Shown here in pieces: positions 11,137-20,101 of a stretch of 64,000 bases of DNA. Positions within the stretch are counted from its first letter, which is position 1. The number at the start of each line of letters is the position of its first letter. This stretch comes from an uncultured Gammaproteobacteria bacterium (GTDB lineage Bacteria > Pseudomonadota > Gammaproteobacteria > Eutrophobiales > Eutrophobiaceae), in the NCBI GenBank assembly GCA_943788005.1, contig CALSOP010000003.1:2250-66249 (forward strand), in the 5' to 3' direction. A program made the translations under genes and the position numbers. A model generated the notes under the pieces. The model made no database searches. It had not been told where the DNA came from and saw nothing but the letters and a program-made list of their open reading frames with translations.

Positions 11137-11991
11137 ATGTCCAGTAAATATCGTCCGGAGCTAACTGACGCCGGACTCTCACCCACTCAAGCCGTACTTG
11201 CCATAGATGAATATCAGAATACGCGTGAGCTCCATGTTGCGGAAGAACGCGCGCTAACTATCTATATAGATAGTTATGAAATTGTCACATTAATGACCTT
11301 AGGTACTCAACCAGAAATGCTGGCATTGGGTTATCTAAAAAACCAGGGTCTAATAAAAAAACTGTCTGAAATAAAATCAATACAAGTTGACTGGGAGGTC
11401 AATGCTGTTGCAATCACAACATTTGAAAACCGTGACGATTGGAAAGATAAACTAGGTCCAAGGATCGTCACTACAGGTTGCGGTCAGGGTACTGTTTTCG
11501 GAGATATCATGGAGCATTTAGATGGGCTTGATATTCAAGGTATTAAAATTAAACAGTCCCGACTTTATGAGCTATTAAAAAATCTAAATGCCTATAACGA
11601 TGTCTATAAAAATGCCGGTGCCGTACACGGCTGTGCACTTTGCCATGATACCGAACCATTAATATTCATTGAAGATGTTGGTCGTCACAATGCCGTTGAT
11701 GCTATTGCAGGCAAGATGTGGTTAGAGGGCATTTCTGGCAACGACAAAATCTTTTATACCACTGGCAGATTAACCTCTGAAATGGTTATCAAGGTGGCAC
11801 AAATGGAGATCCCTGTATTATTGTCTCGCTCAGGCATCACTAAGATGGGTTTAAATCTGGCGCGTGACATGAATATCACATTACTCTCCAGAGCCAAGAG
11901 TAAACATTTTCTGATTTATAATGGAGCAGAAAATATTGAATTTAATGTCGAACTTCCTCCAAAACGAGAAGTCGCTAATATAATAAAGTAA
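11137..11991 (+). CDS. fdhD: Formate dehydrogenase accessory sulfurtransferase FdhD
   Basis: 284 aa with the TTGCGQGTVFG Cys loop, VGRHNAVDA and GRLTSEMV motifs. Starts 3 nt after the moaA stop. Confidence 0.85.
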   Translation: MSSKYRPELTDAGLSPTQAVLAIDEYQNTRELHVAEERALTIYIDSYEIVTLMTLGTQPEMLALGYLKNQGLIKKLSEIKSIQVDWEVNAVAITTFENRDDWKDKLGPRIVTTGCGQGTVFGDIMEHLDGLDIQGIKIKQSRLYELLKNLNAYNDVYKNAGAVHGCALCHDTEPLIFIEDVGRHNAVDAIAGKMWLEGISGNDKIFYTTGRLTSEMVIKVAQMEIPVLLSRSGITKMGLNLARDMNITLLSRAKSKHFLIYNGAENIEFNVELPPKREVANIIK

Positions 11992-12035
11992 GACTATTTT
12001 ATATTTCCGCAACATCATGCAAACAGATATTTTAA

Positions 12036-12647
12036 TTGAAAAGAATAATGAATATTAAATCAGATGTTACAGGCGTTATTCTCGCAGGCGGACAAGCTCG
12101 GCGTATGGGTGGACAAGATAAGGGACTTGTGATGCTTGATGATAAACCCATGGTTGAGATTATTATCGATGTACTTAAGCCGCAAACTGCCAAATTGCTT
12201 ATTAATGCAAACCGAAATCACGATAGCTATTCGCAATACGGTCTTGAATTAGTTGCGGATGAATTATCCGGTTATTGTGGTCCACTAGCAGGAATGGCAA
12301 GTGCGCTAAAAACAATAAACACTGACTACATGGTTACTGCTCCTTGCGACTCCCCTTTCATACCTCTTGATTTGGTACAACGATTAGCCGATGCGCTTGA
12401 TAACAAATCAACTGAAATTAGCGTTGCCCATGATGGCGAACGCATTCAACCTGTTTTCTGCATGCTAAAAAAGACACTGCTACAATCGCTAACAGATTAT
12501 TTAGCTGCAGGTGACAGAAAAATCGATCGCTGGTTTAAACAACATAATTTTGCCATTGCAGACTTTTCAGATAAGCCCGAAACATTTGATAACATCAACA
12601 CCCAAGAAGATGTTGAGAGTGCATTGTCAAAATTAAGAGACCATTGA
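12036..12647 (+). CDS. mobA: Molybdenum cofactor guanylyltransferase MobA
   Basis: GVILAGGQARRMGGQDKG N-terminal signature and ~200 aa length. The true start may be ATG 12048. Confidence 0.88.
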   Translation: MKRIMNIKSDVTGVILAGGQARRMGGQDKGLVMLDDKPMVEIIIDVLKPQTAKLLINANRNHDSYSQYGLELVADELSGYCGPLAGMASALKTINTDYMVTAPCDSPFIPLDLVQRLADALDNKSTEISVAHDGERIQPVFCMLKKTLLQSLTDYLAAGDRKIDRWFKQHNFAIADFSDKPETFDNINTQEDVESALSKLRDH

Positions 12648-13192
12648 ATATGAAAATAGAATCTGACGTGCCTGTATTAGGTTTTGCAGCATATAGTGGA
12701 ACGGGCAAAACGACCTTATTAGTAAACTTAATACCCTTGCTAAAACAACAGGGCATAGAGGTTGGTGTTATTAAACATGCTCATCACACCTTTGAGATCG
12801 ATCAAGCCAGCAAAGACAGTTATAAAATAAGAAAAGCAGGTGCAAGCCAGATGTTGATCGGCTCAAAAGAGCGTTGGGCACTAATGGTAGAACAAAGTGA
12901 AACCGATAAAATAATACGTTTACAAGAATATATTGCGCATTTGGATCAGGAAAAACTGGACCTCATTTTGGTTGAGGGATTCAAACCCGAGTCAATCCCT
13001 AAGATTGAATTATACCGTCCAAGCCTGGGCAACCCTTTGCTCTGTAGAGCAGATGAGAGTGTTATTGCGGTTGCGACAGATACTAAGATTACTGGAGAGT
13101 TAGACCTGCCGATTCTTGATTTAAATAATCATGCAGCGATCATACAATTCATAATTAAAACCTTCAGTTTAAAAACAGAATACAGTTATTAA
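12644..13192 (+). CDS. mobB: Molybdopterin-guanine dinucleotide biosynthesis adapter MobB
   Basis: P-loop YSGTGKTTL followed by VIKHAHH.F..D...KDS. Overlaps the mobA stop. Confidence 0.85.
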   Translation: MNMKIESDVPVLGFAAYSGTGKTTLLVNLIPLLKQQGIEVGVIKHAHHTFEIDQASKDSYKIRKAGASQMLIGSKERWALMVEQSETDKIIRLQEYIAHLDQEKLDLILVEGFKPESIPKIELYRPSLGNPLLCRADESVIAVATDTKITGELDLPILDLNNHAAIIQFIIKTFSLKTEYSY

Positions 13193-13210
13193 TAACTTAC
13201 AGGATTCATA

Positions 13211-14479
13211 ATGACAGAAAATGACATCAATAAAGATTACAGTTGCATGGACGATTATGACCCAAACTCTATCTTGCCTGATGAAGCACTGAGGAGAATA
13301 TTCGACACCATCTCTGCAATCACTGAAGCAGAGTCAGTACCCATCCGAGAAGCATTGAGTCGAGTACTTGCAAGTAATATTATTTCTGAAATCAACGTGC
13401 CCACCGGCTGTAATTCTGCAATGGATGGTTATGCTATTAATGCTGAAGACTTGCCCTCAGAAGGAAAAAAATCTTTAAAACTGATTGGCGCCAGTTTTGC
13501 CGGAAAACCTTTAAGTAAAATTTTAAAAAAGGGTGAGTGCGTACGCATAATGACTGGAGCAATTATGCCAGAAGGTTCTGATACTGTTGTTATGCAAGAG
13601 ATTGTTAATGTTCAGGGCGATCAAATTGAAATTGGCATTAATACAAAGCCCCGAAGTAATGTGCGTCAGGCAGGTGAAGACCTTGCTATTGGGGATCTTG
13701 TTCTTAAGAAAGGAATCAAGCTCACACCCGCAGATATTGGCTTGTTAGCTTCATTAGGCCTTGCTGAAGTTAACGTCACTCGCAAACTCAAGGTTGCATT
13801 CTTTTCTACCGGGGATGAATTACGTTCTGTTGGTGAGAAACTGGATAACGGCGCGATCTATGATAGTAATCGATACACTCTTTATGGAATGCTGACACGA
13901 CTTGGCGCCGATATCATCGACATGGGCGTCGTAAAAGATGACCGTGAATTAATGGACAAGGCTTTCCTGGAAGCAAGCAGCAATGCCGATGTTTTAATTA
14001 CATCCGGAGGCGTATCTGTTGGTGAAGCTGATTACGTAAAAGAAACATTATTAAAACGAGGTCAAGTAGCCTTCTGGAAGGTCGCTATGAAGCCTGGCCG
14101 CCCCCTCACCTTCGGAAAACTCGACTCAACTTACTTTTTTGGTTTACCTGGCAATCCGGTATCTGTCATGGTCACGTTTTATCAATTCGTACAACCAGCA
14201 TTGAAAAAAATGCTCGGTGAAAGTTCAACGATGCCAGTCATGATGAAAGTACCCTGCACATCAAAGTTAAAGAAACGCCCAGGTCGAGTTGAATATCAAC
14301 GCGGCATACTCGAACAAGACGAAACCGGTCGCATGACAGTTCGCAAAACGGGGGCCCAAGGTTCCGGTATACTTCGCTCAATGGGTGATGCGAACTGTTT
14401 TATTGTATTAACTTTGGAAAACAACGGTGTAAAACCCGGTGATCTGGTTGACGTACAACCTTTTCATGGGATTGTTTAG
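13211..14479 (+). CDS. moeA: Molybdopterin molybdenumtransferase MoeA
   Basis: 422 aa with SGGVSVGEADY, MKPGRPLTFG and GLPGNPVS motifs. Confidence 0.92.
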   Translation: MTENDINKDYSCMDDYDPNSILPDEALRRIFDTISAITEAESVPIREALSRVLASNIISEINVPTGCNSAMDGYAINAEDLPSEGKKSLKLIGASFAGKPLSKILKKGECVRIMTGAIMPEGSDTVVMQEIVNVQGDQIEIGINTKPRSNVRQAGEDLAIGDLVLKKGIKLTPADIGLLASLGLAEVNVTRKLKVAFFSTGDELRSVGEKLDNGAIYDSNRYTLYGMLTRLGADIIDMGVVKDDRELMDKAFLEASSNADVLITSGGVSVGEADYVKETLLKRGQVAFWKVAMKPGRPLTFGKLDSTYFFGLPGNPVSVMVTFYQFVQPALKKMLGESSTMPVMMKVPCTSKLKKRPGRVEYQRGILEQDETGRMTVRKTGAQGSGILRSMGDANCFIVLTLENNGVKPGDLVDVQPFHGIV

Positions 14480-14688
14480 CCGTCCCCCCAAGCACTATCT
14501 AATCGCCACCTACGTTCAGGCAAGACTACTGCGATGGCATAAAGAACGCTATGGTCGGCCCTTCCTTTTGAGTGACCAGAAACCTCTCAAACTTTGACTC
14601 TAAGCCAAGAATCACTTCAAGTAATTTATATTATATTTAAAATAATCCTTGTAAAACAATCATTTTCATTTGAAACTTAATATATCTG

Positions 14689-15456
14689 TTGAAGAAGGTC
14701 GATGGAGATATGAGAGTTATTAGTAATTCAGGCTATAGTATCAAGCGCATCACGGTACTAAATTCCAAGGGAGGAAGCGGAAAATCTATTTTAGCGACTA
14801 ATATCGCCAGCATATTTTCTGCTAATAACTTACGTACTACCCTGATAGATTATGATCCTCAAGGCACTGCCATTCGCTGGTTGAAACAACGCCCACAATC
14901 ATTTCCAGCCATCCATGGTATCGATGCTACGCAACAAAATCCTGGGATGACCAGAAGTTGGCAGATGCGTGTTCCAGCAGGCACGGACCGCTTAGTCATA
15001 GATACACCTGCGGGAATCAGAGGGCTCGAATTGAACGACTTCGTATCAAATAGCGATTACATCTTAATACCAGTCATCCCTTCAGATGGTGATATTCATG
15101 CTACTACACAACTCATCGCTAATTTATTACTTAGCGTAAAGATCAGAACGCTTGATGTAAAAGTTACTGTTATCGCGAATAGAGTGAAGAAGAACACAAA
15201 AATACTGGAACAACTGAATAAATTTTTACAACAAGTCGACTTTCCATTCATTAGTAACTTAAGAGATACACAGAACTATGTCAGTGCCGCCAAACAAGGT
15301 ATTGGCATTCATGAAATATACCCTCCTTCTCTAGTCAAGAAAGATGTTCATGATTGGGATCCTATCATGCAGTTTGTAGAAGATGGTGCAACACTGCATG
15401 ACCATAAAGAATTGCCTCAGCCTTTGATATCTGAGGATCAACAAAGTACTAATTAA
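14689..15456 (+). CDS. ParA/MinD-family P-loop ATPase (orphan; no ParB-like gene seen next to it)
   Basis: Deviant Walker A NSKGGSGKS, DYDPQG, ParA-like length. The true start may be the internal ATG at 14710 (MRVISN). Confidence 0.75.
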   Translation: MKKVDGDMRVISNSGYSIKRITVLNSKGGSGKSILATNIASIFSANNLRTTLIDYDPQGTAIRWLKQRPQSFPAIHGIDATQQNPGMTRSWQMRVPAGTDRLVIDTPAGIRGLELNDFVSNSDYILIPVIPSDGDIHATTQLIANLLLSVKIRTLDVKVTVIANRVKKNTKILEQLNKFLQQVDFPFISNLRDTQNYVSAAKQGIGIHEIYPPSLVKKDVHDWDPIMQFVEDGATLHDHKELPQPLISEDQQSTN

Positions 15457-16657
15457 GCTTCTCTCTTATTTTCGCTACCAAATATTCGCTGAATGGTAAC
15501 GCACAGGTAAATGCAGGCGAAACGGCATTCAATACATGAAATGATTTATCATCGCCTTCATACTTAAAATCCATTTCCAGTTGTTTCGTTTTTGTATTTA
15601 TTAATTGCGCTCGAATCCCTGGCGTGCCCCATTTAATAAAATCATTTTTCTCAATACTATTTAGTAGCGTTCCAGCTAATTGCACGAGTTTCTTTTTTGA
15701 ATATTTTTGCATTTCCTTAAATGCCAATTTTCTAAAACCAAAATTATTTGCTAAAAACAAACTGGCATCAATACCTATTATATCGACTAGTTCTTCCAAA
15801 TTAAATTTATCCCACCCCGTATAATTTTCTCTCCAAAAAGCAGGGATTGCTGTTGGTCCAATCTTTGTTTTGTTCTCTGCTGTTACCGTAAAATGAACAC
15901 CTAAAAATGGATTACGTAAATCAGGCACGGGATAAACATTAGTTTTCAACTTTAATCCATCATCCTTTGCATAAAGATACAAACCCTTGAAAGGCAATAT
16001 TTTATAGTCTTGTGAGAACCCATAATCCAAGGCAATCTTATCTGCATACAAACCCGCCGCATTAATTAGATATCCCGGTGAAAAATTTCCATTTGAAGTG
16101 ATAACTTCACGACCAGATCGTTTTAAATATGCTGTGTTATTGAGTATTGATATTCCTTTACTCTTAATCTTATTTTGGACTGAATCGACTATTTCTTTAG
16201 GGTTTACCGTTGCTGTGGTGGGCGACCAAAGTGCTCGTCCATAGGTGTAGGCTTGAGGTTCAATTTCAGCAGCGTCTGCGGCTGATATCATTTTTAATTC
16301 AACACTATTGACTTCTGCACGTCGCGCTAATTCGTCTAGGCCATTGAGTTCTTCTTCATTTCGAGCAACAACTAATTTGCCACATTGATTGAGTGTTAGA
16401 TTATTTTCTTCGCAATATTGTCGCCAGGAAAAATTACCATCTCGACATAATTTAGCTTTTAACGAATCTGCTGTGTAGTAAAAACCAGCATGCAACACCC
16501 CACTATTTCGTCCACTCGAATGTATGCCCGGTTGGTTTTCTTTTTCAATAATAGAAATTTTTGCGTCTGGGAACTGCTTGTTGATTTCCAGAGCTATTGT
16601 GAGCCCGACAATCCCTGCCCCAATAATTAGAAAATCAGGTTGTTTATTTGTTGTCAT
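15449..16657 (-). CDS. lhgO: FAD-dependent L-2-hydroxyglutarate oxidase/dehydrogenase (LhgO family)
   Basis: DFLIIGAGIVGL FAD fold, SGRNSGVLHAGFYY, PFKG.Y, FLGVHFT and NAVSPAFT blocks are colinear with LhgO/YgaF as I recall it. Confidence 0.75.
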   Translation of the reverse strand: MTTNKQPDFLIIGAGIVGLTIALEINKQFPDAKISIIEKENQPGIHSSGRNSGVLHAGFYYTADSLKAKLCRDGNFSWRQYCEENNLTLNQCGKLVVARNEEELNGLDELARRAEVNSVELKMISAADAAEIEPQAYTYGRALWSPTTATVNPKEIVDSVQNKIKSKGISILNNTAYLKRSGREVITSNGNFSPGYLINAAGLYADKIALDYGFSQDYKILPFKGLYLYAKDDGLKLKTNVYPVPDLRNPFLGVHFTVTAENKTKIGPTAIPAFWRENYTGWDKFNLEELVDIIGIDASLFLANNFGFRKLAFKEMQKYSKKKLVQLAGTLLNSIEKNDFIKWGTPGIRAQLINTKTKQLEMDFKYEGDDKSFHVLNAVSPAFTCALPFSEYLVAKIREKLN

Positions 16658-16663
16658 ATGAAT

Positions 16664-17102
16664 TTAATAACCGGGTGTGTTTTTTTCAACCCATTTTGCG
16701 CCTGAGTTTGTTTCTTCTTTTTTCCAGAATGGCGCACCGGATTTTAATTGTTCCATTATTGCACGACAGCTCTCAAAGGCATCCTTGCGATGCGCAGACC
16801 ATGTCGCGACTAAAACAATATCTTCACCTATTTTCACCTTACCGATTCGGTGCAATATTAAGACATCAAGCAGATTCCATTTTTCTATTGATTCTTTGCC
16901 TATAGTTTCGAGATGTTTTTCTGTCATACCCGGATAATGTTCCAGAGTCATGTGCGTTACTTTGTTTGTCTTCATTAAAATCACGCATTGAACCGACAAA
17001 GTTTGCCGTCGCACCGTACTTTCCAACTATATTTAGACTATCCAGGTAATATTGCATTTCCGCATAGGCATTAAACGGCTTTTTTCGTATCTCAATCAAC
17101 AT
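16664..17102 (-). pseudogene. moaE: Molybdopterin synthase catalytic subunit MoaE, split by a 1-nt insertion in an A-rich stretch (plus-strand 16961-16967)
   Basis: Fragment 16866-17102 gives ..GATANFVGSMRDFNEDKQ. Fragment 16664-17026 gives VTHMTLEHYPGMTEKHLE...HRIGKV..GE..V.V...SAHRKDAFE....M..LK..APFWKKE. Together these make a complete MoaE. Removing one A restores the frame. Confidence 0.8.
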
Positions 17103-17105
17103 AGA

Positions 17106-17342
17106 TCAGCCTCCAGTAACCGGTGGAAAAAAGGCCACCTCGTCCCCCGATTTAAGTTGATATTCTGATTTAACATATTCCAAATTTACTGCCATCATGA
17201 CGTTCTCAAACTCTATATTCTTTCTTTGAACGATCGTTTGCCACAGTGAACTAACTGATGTGCCCTCTTCAATATCAATGACAGAATTAGCTTCGCCTAT
17301 CACTTCTCGGAGGCTGGCAAAATATTTAACAGATACTTGCAT
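17106..17342 (-). CDS. moaD: Molybdopterin synthase sulfur carrier MoaD
   Basis: 78 aa, ubiquitin-like size, ends FFPPVTGG, and lies immediately upstream of moaE. Confidence 0.85.
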   Translation of the reverse strand: MQVSVKYFASLREVIGEANSVIDIEEGTSVSSLWQTIVQRKNIEFENVMMAVNLEYVKSEYQLKSGDEVAFFPPVTGG

Positions 17343-17405
17343 ATGATTGATTAAAGTCTTTTTTTGAGTAGTATTAATGGATTATATCAAAGAGATAATA
17401 ATGAT

Positions 17406-17879
17406 ATGTCTAAATTAACGCATTTTAACGATCATGGTGCAGCTCACATGGTTGATATTGGAGAAAAATCCGTCACACACCGCATTGCGATTGCGGTTGG
17501 TCTCATTTCTATGCAAAAAGAAACATTAGCATTAATCATAGAAGGCGGTCATAAAAAAGGTGATGTCCTAGGCATAGCAAGAACAGCGGGGATTATGGGA
17601 GCAAAAAAGACTTCTGAGCTGATACCGCTGTGCCATCCTCTTTCACTCACCCACATAAACATTGATTTAATCGTTGATGAAGAAAGTTCTTCTATTCTTT
17701 GCGAATGTCGTGCTGAAACAGAAGGCAAAACAGGGGTAGAGATGGAAGCGCTAACCGCCGTTCAAGTTACCCTTTTGACAATTTATGATATGTGCAAAGC
17801 AGTTGACCGAGGTATGACTATCTCCGATGTCCAATTATCTGAAAAATCGGGTGGCAAATCAGGGCATTGGAAACGATAA
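17406..17879 (+). CDS. moaC: Cyclic pyranopterin monophosphate synthase MoaC
   Basis: [21 protein letters not shown] matches the usual MoaC N-terminus, and LIPLCHPL is present. The track ORF starts upstream at TTG 17364. Confidence 0.9.
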   Translation: MSKLTHFNDHGAAHMVDIGEKSVTHRIAIAVGLISMQKETLALIIEGGHKKGDVLGIARTAGIMGAKKTSELIPLCHPLSLTHINIDLIVDEESSSILCECRAETEGKTGVEMEALTAVQVTLLTIYDMCKAVDRGMTISDVQLSEKSGGKSGHWKR

Positions 17880-18077
17880 AAAAATGTCATTTCCTCTGTG
17901 TTTAAATTTTGGCAATGAATATACACGCCTAAATCACAATAACATATTGTAATTGAAAGTTTTTTTCAAAAGCACGACAATACCTAACACCTTGAGTATA
18001 CTTACGCACAACTAATAGCTAGGTATTAACACTTGGCACTTATTTATGTTAGAAATTATGTATGGAGTAATTTAAAA

Positions 18078-18365
18078 ATGGGTACGTATAAAACCGATTC
18101 ACAAACCAATAGAAGTCACGGTATTCTCAAGTACCCTCGTACTGAAGTTGAATTTATTAATATATTGGATCACTTCGTTGGCAGACACATAGAAAAAGCA
18201 GTTGCACATTTCGGCGTGCCAGAAGACGAAGTAGACTTAACAGGCGGCGCTAAGGCTATAAAGTTCACTAAATCAGCAGTTACGTTTAACAGCAACTGCA
18301 CATTTATGATCAATAACGTAGGTGCTATCACAGAATACAATTTTGAGCGCGGTGAGATAGGGTAA
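18078..18365 (+). CDS. Hypothetical small protein
   Basis: Open frame only, with a GGAG ~12 nt upstream of ATG 18078. I recognise no family. Confidence 0.35.
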   Translation: MGTYKTDSQTNRSHGILKYPRTEVEFINILDHFVGRHIEKAVAHFGVPEDEVDLTGGAKAIKFTKSAVTFNSNCTFMINNVGAITEYNFERGEIG

Positions 18366-18387
18366 GAAATTTACTTTATTATCTTTG

Positions 18388-18420
18388 CGACTGATGGCCT
18401 AATTAATTAGACATCAGTCG
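18388..18420. terminator. Hairpin between convergent genes (9-bp perfect stem CGACTGATG/CATCAGTCG, 15-nt loop)
   Basis: Inverted repeat read directly. It overlaps the stop codon of the minus-strand gene and is followed by TATTT on the plus strand. Confidence 0.45.
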
Positions 18421-18803
18421 TATTTGATGTATTTAAACCTCGGATCTTCCGGCGTCCCATCTAACGCACCATCCTCTTCTTTACCTGGTTGCCATTGAAT
18501 TACTTCTTCGATCTTCAAGGCCAATTCAAAATCTTTGTCTGTGACACCTTTTGCCGCGTGATTCATTAGCTTTACCGTAACAAAGGCATATGAAACTGTT
18601 AAGTCCGGATGATGCCAAGCAGCCTCTGCTAGATGGCCTACCGTATTCACAACCATCAAAGTTGCTTTCCAGCCACTGGTTTTATATTTTCGCCGTATCC
18701 AACCACCTTCAAAATGCCATGCTGGTAATTCGTCCTTTAAACGTGCTTCTATTTCTTCTTCAGTGTATTTTTCGTCTTTTCCTTGTTTACGCCATTGAGC
18801 CAT
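18414..18803 (-). CDS. Pterin-4a-carbinolamine dehydratase-family protein (H4MPT-linked orf22 type)
   Basis: 129 aa. LPAWHFEGGWIRRKYKT..W......VN.VGHLAEAAWHHPDL.V.Y..V.V.L.NH is the PCD/DCoH signature. Confidence 0.8.
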   Translation of the reverse strand: MAQWRKQGKDEKYTEEEIEARLKDELPAWHFEGGWIRRKYKTSGWKATLMVVNTVGHLAEAAWHHPDLTVSYAFVTVKLMNHAAKGVTDKDFELALKIEEVIQWQPGKEEDGALDGTPEDPRFKYIKYD

Positions 18804-18827
18804 TGATTAACACCTCATCTCTATATT

Positions 18828-19529
18828 TTACATCACCATAAATGATGGCATTTTTTGTGTAATTGCTTTTCTTATCTTGGAAATATTCTTTGCCTCTATT
18901 GATTTAACTCTATCGTTTTCAGTACAAAGTGCACCACGAAAACCTAAATAATCTGCTTCAATATCTAGTAATGTATTTATGTCTTCATATCGCAATGAAC
19001 CAGCAAGCCCGGTCACTAAATCATGTGATCTTGCTAGTCGGATAAATTCATCTAGCTGTTGGCAGGTTAGCAAAGAAAGTAAATTATTATCTGATTTATT
19101 TTTCGTATCCAACATGACACCACTAATACTGCTTTTCATTAAAGCATCCAAAGAAGTTAAGCTAGAATAATTTTCTGCAAACAGAACAACAATTACTTTT
19201 ATTTTATGTTCTGACGCTCTGTTTAAAGCATCAAGAAAGAGTTCAGTAGCATTATCATCAAATAAACCTACTTTGACATAATCAACACCAGTTTTTGCCA
19301 TACTAACTATCAAGTCATATAGCGATGCATCATTTGGCTCAATATCACCAATGGTTGCACTGGTTATACTTGCTCCAGCTAAAGATTCAACAATGGCCGA
19401 AACAACATGCGTATTAAGTGCGCCTAACGCACCTTGCTCAGGATTTTTCAAATCAATAATGTCGACGCCACCATTTAACACAAGCTGCGCTTCCTTTACA
19501 GTAGTCACACTTGCAAGCATACCTGTCAT
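18828..19529 (-). CDS. (5-formylfuran-3-yl)methyl phosphate synthase-like protein (MfnB/DUF556 family; methanopterin/methanofuran-linked)
   Basis: 233-aa TIM-barrel-like protein starting MLASVTTVKEAQLVLNGGVDIIDLKNP..GALGA. Translationally coupled to both neighbours. Family assignment is from memory. Confidence 0.65.
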   Translation of the reverse strand: MTGMLASVTTVKEAQLVLNGGVDIIDLKNPEQGALGALNTHVVSAIVESLAGASITSATIGDIEPNDASLYDLIVSMAKTGVDYVKVGLFDDNATELFLDALNRASEHKIKVIVVLFAENYSSLTSLDALMKSSISGVMLDTKNKSDNNLLSLLTCQQLDEFIRLARSHDLVTGLAGSLRYEDINTLLDIEADYLGFRGALCTENDRVKSIEAKNISKIRKAITQKMPSFMVM

Positions 19530-20101
19530 ACTATTTGTTCCTTTGTAGATTCTTCTCTATATGACTCAATTCTTTCCATTAACCAAGCCCATGCAATTCT
19601 CTCATTTTCTCCAGCAGTCTTGTCGATAGCAATCATTAAGTATTCTATTTCCTGCTCTATTTTGTCTTTCGTCAACATATGTAAGCGGCTAACTAATATT
19701 GCCGCTTCTAATACCGCAGACTGAGCACGATTAAACCCCTGGAATGGCTTATGACTCACTTCAACTATCTGTTTACAATAAAACCGAGGCCTTAATTCGT
19801 CATCTTCAAATCTCTCTAGACTCAGTTCTACATGGCTCAACGCCACCTCTAAGCGATGTTCCTTTATTTTCTCGGTCGGAGTTAATGGCCAATTTTTTCT
19901 GCCTGTCAGGCATCCTGCGAAAACACGAACATCATCAACCCGATTGATTACGGCCGATTTATTACGCTGTATGTTTTCTAAGGTTGCTGAAGGTTTAAAT
20001 GGCGCTATAACAATCAGGCTAGACTCCTCTCTAATACCCATTGGCGCAATATGGGTAGATCCATCTTCATTAGTCGTGGTAACTATAATTTCTTGAATCA
20101 T
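19526..20101 (-). CDS. DUF447-family protein (H4MPT biosynthesis-associated, orf20 type)
   Basis: 191 aa with 4-nt overlaps to both neighbours. Its position between the DHPS-like and MfnB-like genes matches the methylotroph orf19-22 block. Assigned from memory and context. Confidence 0.5.
   Translation of the reverse strand: MIQEIIVTTTNEDGSTHIAPMGIREESSLIVIAPFKPSATLENIQRNKSAVINRVDDVRVFAGCLTGRKNWPLTPTEKIKEHRLEVALSHVELSLERFEDDELRPRFYCKQIVEVSHKPFQGFNRAQSAVLEAAILVSRLHMLTKDKIEQEIEYLMIAIDKTAGENERIAWAWLMERIESYREESTKEQIV

Noticed and set aside
14480-14625. GC-rich patch in the moeA/parA-like spacer with a TTTGAG...CTCAAA hairpin, considered as an sRNA, a Moco riboswitch or a terminator.
   Set aside because: I recognise no Moco-motif core, no U-run follows the hairpin, and there is no similarity to 6S, tmRNA or RNase P as I remember them. 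Evidence is insufficient. An Rfam scan or RNA-seq would be decisive.
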